Positions 47,593-55,084 of a stretch of DNA of 64,000 bases are shown one piece after another. The stretch is taken from contig JABFRV010000153.1 in assembly GCA_013140975.1 (NCBI GenBank), positions 169-64,168 of the forward strand. Reading direction: 5' to 3'. This stretch comes from Saprospiraceae bacterium (GTDB lineage Bacteria; Bacteroidota; Bacteroidia; Chitinophagales; Saprospiraceae). Position numbers and translations under genes: made by a program. The notes below the pieces were generated by a model that ran no database searches, had not been told where the DNA came from, and saw nothing but the letters and a program-made list of their open reading frames with translations. Within the stretch, counting starts at the first letter, position 1. Each line of letters begins with the position of its first letter.

Positions 47593-50530
47593 TAATGTAG
47601 TGAAAGAAACAGTTGAATTAAGATTTTATAGCGGAGAAAAAAAAGAAATACTTATCTGCCAAGCCAAAATTCCATTCTTGCCATCTCAAATATTTGGCAA
47701 GATTGAAAATCCTTACCAAGTTGAACTTTCACCTGTAGTACCTAAATTTTTACTCAATGATACTATTAAGTATGATATCAAAGACACCTCATTTATTGGA
47801 GAGTTAGAATATATTTTTGTTGCCTATGATTCTATTTATCCGCATTGTCTTTCGGATAGCTTTACAACTAAGATCTGTATCGTAGATGACGCTGCAAATC
47901 TAGATACTTTCTATTTAGATGCTGATGGAGATGGATTTGGCGATCTAGCTAATAGTGTCAGATCTTGTACTCTGCCAATTGGTTATGTAACCAATAGCGA
48001 TGATATATGTCCTAATGCAGATCAAGAGACGATTAGTAATTTTGATGAGAATACCTGCAACTGTGATTTAGGGTATTTTCAAAATACAACTTCAACTTAT
48101 GGTCAAACAATAATTACAAGTTGTTCTCCTTGTCCTGCTGGATCTTATTGTCCTAATGGTATATCGCCAATATTATGTCCACCCGGCAATTACTCAGAAG
48201 TTGAAGGATCAATTTCTTGTTTAAGTTGCCCTGCTGGTACTTCTAATCCAAATTCAGGAGCCGTATCTTGTGACTCATGCGATATCAATTCTTATACTTC
48301 AACTACAGGTTCTGTTTTCTGCGATCAATGTCCTGAAGGCTTTTATACAGTGTCAGTAGGATCTACTTCGTGTTTAGAATGTCCTGTGATTACTTTTACT
48401 CATATTGCTTATATGCCATGTGAAGAGTTTGGATATATTAACTTAAGCAATATTTCCGGAGGTAATGGCCCATATATGTATTCCATAAATAACGGTACCA
48501 ATTATTATAGCAGCACTTCTTTTGTAAACCTTTTAGCAGGTGTTTATCAAGTAATAGTAAAGGATAAATACGGATGTAAAAGCATTCCTGTTATAGTAAA
48601 TCTAAATGACGTTCAAGATCCAACAATAGCATGCCCAGCGGATATTATTGTAAATTCGGATCCGAATCTATGTAGCAAGACCGTCACTTATACTACACCC
48701 GTTGGAACTGATAACTGTCCTGGTTCTAGTACTGTACAACTTAATGGTCTGCCTTCCGGATCTACATTCAATACAGGAATTACTACGAATATATTTAAAG
48801 TTACGGACGGTTCAGGAAGTACGAATACTTGTAGTTTTACAATTCTGGTAAAAGAATCAGTCTTGCCGGAATTAACTTGTCCATCTAACATAGAATTAGA
48901 ATCTGACTCTGCTCAGTGTTCAACAATTATAAATTATGAAGTGATTGCATCGGACAACTGCCCCGGATTGATTGTTGGTTATTCTCAATTAAGTGGGTCA
49001 GCATTTCCGGTAGGAACTACAACAGTGTCTGTATTGGCTACTGATGCAAGTGATAATTCTTCATCTTGTTCTTTCACAATTACGATTAATGATTCTGAAG
49101 ATCCGGTAGTTAGCTGTCCTGATATTAATAAGATATTGGACATTGGTGCTGACACAGCGATTGTAAATTTAAGCATTAATGCAACGGACAATTGCAGCAA
49201 TATAACAACTACTTATATTCCTGTCAGTGGTTCTACATTCTTATTTGGAACTACTGCTGTAGAAGCAATCGTTACAGATGATGCAGGAAATAGCACAACT
49301 TGTAATTTTAATGTTCATGTGATTGATCTGGAACCACCAGTAGCACTCTGTCCAACGGAAGATGTTGAGTTAGATGCAATTGAAGGTCAATGCTTTGGTG
49401 AAGCGGAATATTCTACTTCACATTCAGATAATGTTGAAGTTGATCATTCTTATTTTGAGCCTTTTACTTCAAATTCAAGATATGATGTTGGAACAACCTT
49501 AGTCACTTTTACGGTAGTAGATATTAGCGGCAATAGTTCTTCATGTACATTTAATGTTGTAGTTTATGACACTCAGGATCCAACTTTAAATTGTCCCGAT
49601 ACAATGAAGATTCAATTAGATTCAGGTACTTGTAATAAAACAATATGGTATACTTCTACTGCGAGTGATAATTGTAGTGATCCAACAGTTGTTTACAGTC
49701 CTGTGAATGGAAGTATACTTGGAATTGGCAATACTGTTGTTAACGGAACAGTTACTGATAGTTCCGGTAATACTGCGACATGTATTTTTGTCGTAAGTAT
49801 AAAGGCTGCGGCAGAAATCTGTAACAATAATATTGATGATGACTGTGATGGCCAGACAGACGAAGGATGTAACGACACTGATGGAGATGGTATTGATAAC
49901 TCTGTAGATAATTGCAAGACAGTTCATAATCCAGGTCAGGAAGATTCTGATTGTGATGGAGTAGGGAATGTTTGCGATGTTTGCCCGGGAGGAGATGATA
50001 AGATAGACAATGATAATAATGGATTGCCGGATTGCAAAAACAAACCAGCTAACTATTCCAGTCTGCCAGCAAGTTGGAAATGTGGAACTAATAAAGCTTA
50101 TGTATGTCATATTGTTGGTAATTACAAATCACTTTGTATAAATTGGAGTACAGTTCAAGCACATTTAAATCATGGAGATTATCTAGGGCTTTGTAATCAA
50201 GCGAAGTGTGGTAATTTGTCAAAAGGCGAAACTGAAATTCCAGTTATGGAATTACTGAGCGAGAATTATGAAGAAGAATTATCTATTGAAATTACTCCCA
50301 ATCCAAATGATGGAAATTTTGTTCTGCACCTGGATGGACTTCAACAATATAATGGAATTCTAGAGATAATAAATATTGCAGGCAAGGTAATTTATTATTC
50401 TGAAGTAAATGAAGCTGAAAATCATGTACACCTCAATATTGATTTAAGAAACTTGGTAGATGGCAATTACTTTTTAAAGTATAAGGACAAAGAATATGTT
50501 TTTAATAAGTTGATTGTGATTAAGAAATAG
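47555..50530 (+). CDS. C-terminal part of the split protein: metal-binding-like repeat, ephrin-receptor-like Cys-rich repeats, 5 HYR repeats, TSP3-like Ca-binding repeats, T9SS tail
   Basis: DADGDGFGD...C..P.GYV.N.DDIC. CSPCPAGSYCPNG/CLSCPAGTSNP/CDQCPEGFY (about 48058-48390). Five C-P-x-(D/N)-I...C...V.Y..P...DNC....V......SG..F..G.T.V...A.D..GN...C.F.I.V units (about 48617-49805). DTDGDGIDNSVDNC...NPGQEDSDCDGVGNVCDVC (about 49835-50035). Tail ITPNPNDGNF...GNYFLKY...LIVIKK. The ATG at 47555 is probably not a real start. Confidence 0.75.
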   Translation: MHRQVCTFLSLGSNVVKETVELRFYSGEKKEILICQAKIPFLPSQIFGKIENPYQVELSPVVPKFLLNDTIKYDIKDTSFIGELEYIFVAYDSIYPHCLSDSFTTKICIVDDAANLDTFYLDADGDGFGDLANSVRSCTLPIGYVTNSDDICPNADQETISNFDENTCNCDLGYFQNTTSTYGQTIITSCSPCPAGSYCPNGISPILCPPGNYSEVEGSISCLSCPAGTSNPNSGAVSCDSCDINSYTSTTGSVFCDQCPEGFYTVSVGSTSCLECPVITFTHIAYMPCEEFGYINLSNISGGNGPYMYSINNGTNYYSSTSFVNLLAGVYQVIVKDKYGCKSIPVIVNLNDVQDPTIACPADIIVNSDPNLCSKTVTYTTPVGTDNCPGSSTVQLNGLPSGSTFNTGITTNIFKVTDGSGSTNTCSFTILVKESVLPELTCPSNIELESDSAQCSTIINYEVIASDNCPGLIVGYSQLSGSAFPVGTTTVSVLATDASDNSSSCSFTITINDSEDPVVSCPDINKILDIGADTAIVNLSINATDNCSNITTTYIPVSGSTFLFGTTAVEAIVTDDAGNSTTCNFNVHVIDLEPPVALCPTEDVELDAIEGQCFGEAEYSTSHSDNVEVDHSYFEPFTSNSRYDVGTTLVTFTVVDISGNSSSCTFNVVVYDTQDPTLNCPDTMKIQLDSGTCNKTIWYTSTASDNCSDPTVVYSPVNGSILGIGNTVVNGTVTDSSGNTATCIFVVSIKAAAEICNNNIDDDCDGQTDEGCNDTDGDGIDNSVDNCKTVHNPGQEDSDCDGVGNVCDVCPGGDDKIDNDNNGLPDCKNKPANYSSLPASWKCGTNKAYVCHIVGNYKSLCINWSTVQAHLNHGDYLGLCNQAKCGNLSKGETEIPVMELLSENYEEELSIEITPNPNDGNFVLHLDGLQQYNGILEIINIAGKVIYYSEVNEAENHVHLNIDLRNLVDGNYFLKYKDKEYVFNKLIVIKK
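47587..47592 (+). other. frame-change site GGG-TAG (1 extra nt relative to an intact reading frame)
   Basis: gtc att ggg tag in frame 1. Reading ggt agt aat gta gtg from 47588 continues the module as ..VIGSNVV... Confidence 0.7.
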
Positions 50531-50895
50531 TCATAAACTTGTAATTAAGGCACAAATAGTAAGCTTCCCAGCACAATCAATTGATCATGGCAGTTTAGTA
50601 TTTAGCTGAAAATTGTTGGACCATTATTGTCAACAATACATATACAAATCATGAATTATGTCCTTCACTTTTATGTCAAATAGTTTCATGAAGAAATATA
50701 AATTTATCCTTTATCTTATCAAGGTATAGCTTAAATCAAGATTTATACTTTTTCCACTATATTTTTAAGAATCAATTTATCAGAATAGATAGACTTTGAA
50801 TTTTATTCATGAATGGTTGGTTAAGTTCATAAAGTTTATATCATAACAATTTGTAAATCCCCTTTATTATCGCATAAAAATGAACCATCTAATTA

Positions 50896-50903
50896 TATCT
50901 TTG
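50896..50903 (+). promoter_or_regulatory. candidate -7 box (TATCTTTG)
   Basis: 22 nt upstream of the ahcY ATG at 50926. Confidence 0.45.
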
Positions 50904-50925
50904 TATTAAATATATATTAAATCAT

Positions 50926-52239
50926 ATGGAATTAGTTGCGAATCAACTTAAATACAAAGTAAAAGATATATCACTGGCTGATTGGGGTCGTAAAGAGATC
51001 GAATTGGCAGAGGCAGAAATGCCGGGACTTATGAGTCTTAGAGAAGAATATGGTAAATCCAAGCCACTCGCTGGCGCAAGAGTTGCTGGTTGTCTTCACA
51101 TGACCATCCAGACTGCGGTACTTATTGAGACATTGATAGAATTAGGGGCTGAAGTGAGCTGGTCTTCATGTAATATTTTCTCTACACAAGATCATGCAGC
51201 GTCTGCAATTGCAGCAGCCGGTATTCCGGTTTTTGCCTGGAAAGGAATGAATAATGAAGAGTTTGACTGGTGTATCGAGCAGACTCTGTTCGCGTTTAAA
51301 GATGGAAAACCGTTGAATATGATTCTGGATGATGGCGGGGATCTTACCAACATGGTTTTAGACAAATATCCTGAATTGGTCCAAGGTATACGTGGTATTT
51401 CAGAGGAAACAACAACAGGCGTTCATCGTCTTTATGAAAGAGTAAACAAAGGAACGCTTCCACTTCCTGTAATCAATATTAATGATTCAGTTACAAAGTC
51501 AAAATTTGATAACAAGTACGGATGTAAAGAATCTTGCGTAGATGCAATACGTCGTGCCACTGATATTATGATGGCTGGTAAAGTAGCCGTTGTTGCAGGA
51601 TATGGTGATGTTGGTAAAGGATCAGCCGCTTCTCTGCGAGGAGCAGGTTGCAGAGTAATCGTAACTGAGATTGATCCTATCTGTGCTTTACAAGCCGCAA
51701 TGGATGGATTTCAGGTAATGAAGATGGAGAATGCGGCAAAACTTGCAAATATTATTGTTACAGCTACCGGAAATAAAGACATTATTTCTGCCAAGCATTT
51801 CAAGTCAATGAAAGATAAGGCTATTGTATGCAATATTGGTCACTTTGACAATGAGATTGACGTAGCCTGGTTAAATAATAATCATGGAAACTCAAAAGTA
51901 GAAATTAAACCTCAGGTTGATAAATACACCATCGATGGAAAAGATATTCTTCTTCTTGCTGAAGGAAGATTAGTAAATCTTGGTTGCGCTACCGGTCATC
52001 CTTCTTTCGTGATGTCTAATTCTTTTACCAATCAAGTGTTGGCACAATTGGAGTTATGGAAGAATGCCGACAAGTACGAAAATAAAGTATATATGCTTCC
52101 TAAGCATCTAGATGAAAAAGTTGCAAGATTGCATCTTTCAAAAATTGGTGTTGAACTTGAAGAGCTAACTCATGATCAAGCGGTATACATTGGTGTTACA
52201 ACCACAGGCCCATTCAAGCCAGACTATTACAGATATTAA
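50926..52239 (+). CDS. ahcY: adenosylhomocysteinase
   Basis: 437 aa. [34 protein letters not shown] site [16 protein letters not shown] and a C-terminal ..[10 protein letters not shown]. Confidence 0.95.
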   Translation: MELVANQLKYKVKDISLADWGRKEIELAEAEMPGLMSLREEYGKSKPLAGARVAGCLHMTIQTAVLIETLIELGAEVSWSSCNIFSTQDHAASAIAAAGIPVFAWKGMNNEEFDWCIEQTLFAFKDGKPLNMILDDGGDLTNMVLDKYPELVQGIRGISEETTTGVHRLYERVNKGTLPLPVININDSVTKSKFDNKYGCKESCVDAIRRATDIMMAGKVAVVAGYGDVGKGSAASLRGAGCRVIVTEIDPICALQAAMDGFQVMKMENAAKLANIIVTATGNKDIISAKHFKSMKDKAIVCNIGHFDNEIDVAWLNNNHGNSKVEIKPQVDKYTIDGKDILLLAEGRLVNLGCATGHPSFVMSNSFTNQVLAQLELWKNADKYENKVYMLPKHLDEKVARLHLSKIGVELEELTHDQAVYIGVTTTGPFKPDYYRY

Positions 52240-52264
52240 TTCAAACCATTCAAACATAATACTG

Positions 52265-52299
52265 AACCGCAACTTTGAAAAAACTTGCGGTTTTTTTTT
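52265..52299 (+). terminator. rho-independent terminator after ahcY
   Basis: aaccgcaa(c)ttt-gaaa-aaa(c)ttgcggtt hairpin followed by a 9-T run (52291-52299), 26 nt after the stop codon. Confidence 0.75.
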
Positions 52300-52378
52300 G
52301 AAAACCACATAAATCCTCCATGTGTTTAGGGAATTAACTGAAATTCATGTAAATCTTGAGCGGAAGAATAATAATATG

Positions 52379-52386
52379 TAAGTTTG
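52379..52386 (+). promoter_or_regulatory. candidate -7 box (TAAGTTTG)
   Basis: 10 nt upstream of ATG 52397. Confidence 0.4.
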
Positions 52387-52396
52387 CACAATAAGG

Positions 52397-53356
52397 ATGT
52401 TGATTAGAAAATGTGTATTATTTCTTGTGTTAACTGTTGTTGTGACATGTTATAACTATAGTCAATCTCATTTTTTCAAGCCCTCAGATAGTTTTAATAA
52501 AAAAAGATTTTACCTGGCTTCTGGATTTAGTGCTGTAAGTTATTCTGCATTTGCATCGGGATTGTATTTTGCCTGGTATAATAAAAATAAACAGATAGGT
52601 TTTCACACTTTTGATGATAAAGCGGAATGGAAGTATATGGATAAGATTGGACACTCTTATACTTCATACTTGCAAACTTCACTTGTTTATAACGGTGCGC
52701 AATGGGTGGGAATGAAAGACAGGAATTCTTTGTATTGGGCCTTAGGTCTAAGTAATTTATTTCAAACTACGATTGAAGTCATGGATGGATTTAGTGATCG
52801 GTGGGGATTTTCATGGACAGATATTGGAGCCAATCTTGGAGGAAATGCATTTTTTCTTTCGCAACATTTTCTTTGGAAAGAACAGAAGTTTCTGCTTAAA
52901 TTCAGCTCACATAAAATATCATATTCTTCAAATGATCCTGAAATTATTACACGTGTGTCAGAGCTTTATTCTGAAAGATTAGCAGAACGATTATTGAAAG
53001 ATTACAATGGGCAGACCTATTGGTTGAGTTTTAATCCAGTTCATTTATTTACAAAGGAAAAAACCTTTTGGCCGGAATATCTCAATGTTGCTTTTGGGTA
53101 TGGAGTAGATGGATTGTTAGGCGCAAGAGCCAATTCATGGACAAATGATGAGGGAAAAGAAATTAGAATTGATCCCTCAGTTTTCCCAAGAAGAAATCAG
53201 TATTATCTTTCTCTAGATATAAATCTCAGCAAGATTCCTGTGAAGAATCATTTCCTTAAATCAATTTTCAGTGTAATTAATATTATTAAAATTCCCGCTC
53301 CCACTTTAGAACTTAATTCAATGAACAATTTAAAGTTCCATTTCTTTTATTTTTAA
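52397..53356 (+). CDS. DUF2279-like secreted/outer-membrane protein
   Basis: 319 aa. Signal peptide; the W.YMDKIGHSYTSY motif resembles the DK.GH signature I associate with DUF2279. Confidence 0.45.
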   Translation: MLIRKCVLFLVLTVVVTCYNYSQSHFFKPSDSFNKKRFYLASGFSAVSYSAFASGLYFAWYNKNKQIGFHTFDDKAEWKYMDKIGHSYTSYLQTSLVYNGAQWVGMKDRNSLYWALGLSNLFQTTIEVMDGFSDRWGFSWTDIGANLGGNAFFLSQHFLWKEQKFLLKFSSHKISYSSNDPEIITRVSELYSERLAERLLKDYNGQTYWLSFNPVHLFTKEKTFWPEYLNVAFGYGVDGLLGARANSWTNDEGKEIRIDPSVFPRRNQYYLSLDINLSKIPVKNHFLKSIFSVINIIKIPAPTLELNSMNNLKFHFFYF

Positions 53357-53375
53357 ACTTATAATTCCTTAATTG

Positions 53376-54905
53376 ATGAAACGATTTATTATTTTAATTC
53401 CCTTGCTTTTCTTAGCATGTTCTGTAAGCAAGAAAACAAACTTGAAAAATCAGGTAAATTTTACGGTACTTCAATTTAATGATTTTTATGAGATATCCGG
53501 AATTGAGAACGGAACTGCTGGTGGTGCTGCCAGAATGTCGACATTAAGAACAAAGTTAATACAAGAAAATCCGAATCTGTTGACTGTATTAGCCGGAGAT
53601 TTTTTAAGTCCTTCGTTAATTGGAACACTTGTACATGATGGTGAAAAGATAAGAGGCCGTCAGATGATAGAAGCGTTAAATGAAATAGGTATAGACCTTG
53701 TTGGATTTGGCAATCATGAATTTGATTATGATCAAAGCACCTTGCAAAAAAGATTAAACGAATCAAAGTTTGACTGGGTTTCCAGCAACATCAATGAAAT
53801 AAAGAACAATCAAAAAGCAAGATTTAAGATCAGTAATAATGGAATTGACACTGAAATTCCAACGAATAGAGTATATAATTATTCGAATCCTAATGGAACA
53901 AAGGTTCGGGTTGGAATTGTTTCTCCCTGTCTTGATGCCAATAAGGTCAAATATGTATCCTATGAAGATATTTTTGAAAGCACGCAAAGAGAATTAGAAA
54001 ACCTTAAAGGAAAAGTTGATTTTGTTATTTGCCTTAGCCATTTAAATAAGGAACAAGATCTTAAGCTTGGAAAAAGATTTCCGGAAATCAATTTAATTCT
54101 TGGAGGGCATGAGCACGAGAATATGTTATTCGATATTGGAAAAACACGAATGACGAAAGCAGATGCCAATGCCAAATCAGCTTATGTTCATAGAATACAG
54201 TATGATGGTAAGACTAAAGATTATTCTCTTCGATCGGAATTGGTAGAAATAAATTCTTCCATTGCTCAAGATGAAAGGATTCTAAAAATTGTAAACAGAT
54301 GGAAAGAAATTGAGAATAGAATTATCAGGAATCTGGGATTTGATCCAGAAGAGATAATTCCAGGTGATGTAGTGCAATACAATTCAGCAGAGACGTCGAT
54401 GCGTAATGTACCTTCTAACTTTGGTGAAATGATCTGTAAAGCTATGATTAAAACTTGCAATGGATGTGATGCCGCAATCATTAATTCAGGAATCTCTCGA
54501 TTGGAAGATGATATAAAAGGAACAATTTCACAGTATGACATATTAAAGGTTTTTCCTTATGCAGGATCAGTTGGTGAAGTTGAATTGAATGGTTCCATAT
54601 TGATCAAAATCTTAAATGTTGGTCTTGACAATAAAGGAAAAGGAGGCTATTTGCAATGGTCAGGAATTTCTAAATTGAAAGAAGGAAATTGGTTAATAAA
54701 TGGAAAAAATATTGAACCCGATAAATCCTATAAAATAATGTTAAACGAATATCTTATGACCGGGCAAGAAAGGGGCTTGGATTTTATCAATAAGTCAAAT
54801 CCTGAATTGCGCAATATCAATTTTCCGGATCCAAAGGATTCGAATAATATAAGAAAAGATATTCGGATGGTGATTATTGATTACCTGAAGAAAGGAGGAA
54901 GGTAG
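53376..54905 (+). CDS. bifunctional metallophosphatase/5'-nucleotidase (UshA-like lipoprotein)
   Basis: Lipoprotein leader MKRFIILIPLLFLACS; GDFLSPS, GNHEFDY and GGHEH metallophosphoesterase motifs; C-terminal 5'-nucleotidase-like domain. The track start 53373 is a TTG one codon upstream. Confidence 0.85.
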   Translation: MKRFIILIPLLFLACSVSKKTNLKNQVNFTVLQFNDFYEISGIENGTAGGAARMSTLRTKLIQENPNLLTVLAGDFLSPSLIGTLVHDGEKIRGRQMIEALNEIGIDLVGFGNHEFDYDQSTLQKRLNESKFDWVSSNINEIKNNQKARFKISNNGIDTEIPTNRVYNYSNPNGTKVRVGIVSPCLDANKVKYVSYEDIFESTQRELENLKGKVDFVICLSHLNKEQDLKLGKRFPEINLILGGHEHENMLFDIGKTRMTKADANAKSAYVHRIQYDGKTKDYSLRSELVEINSSIAQDERILKIVNRWKEIENRIIRNLGFDPEEIIPGDVVQYNSAETSMRNVPSNFGEMICKAMIKTCNGCDAAIINSGISRLEDDIKGTISQYDILKVFPYAGSVGEVELNGSILIKILNVGLDNKGKGGYLQWSGISKLKEGNWLINGKNIEPDKSYKIMLNEYLMTGQERGLDFINKSNPELRNINFPDPKDSNNIRKDIRMVIIDYLKKGGR

Positions 54906-54963
54906 TCAATTATGAATTATGAATTAATTTTTTGGGAACACATAATAAAATACATGAGTATTT

Positions 54964-54994
54964 TTTCATAATTTTTTTTAAAAAAATTATGAAA
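54964..54994. repeat. AT-only near-perfect palindrome between convergent genes (possible bidirectional terminator)
   Basis: tttcataa + T8 / A7 + ttatgaaa. Confidence 0.5.
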
Positions 54995-55084
54995 GAAACC
55001 TTAAATTTTTTTAGTTAAGAGAACAACGAAATTATAAAAACAATAATTATAAATTTCTTCAGAGCTTCAGAGCATCAGAGCTTT

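Noticed and set aside
36600-50530. Diversity-generating retroelement: an Avd-like four-helix-bundle gene next to giant surface proteins.
   Set aside because: No reverse transcriptase ORF appears anywhere in the window. The only repeat pair (78 bp) differs at G/T/T/T positions rather than showing adenine-specific TR/VR mismatches. Neither copy lies inside a coding 3' end.
50531-50925. SAH or SAM riboswitch in the 395-bp spacer upstream of ahcY.
   Set aside because: The spacer is almost entirely AT-rich with no GC-paired stems that I could recognise as either riboswitch class. The -7 box lies only 22 nt from the ATG, which leaves no room for an aptamer in the leader.
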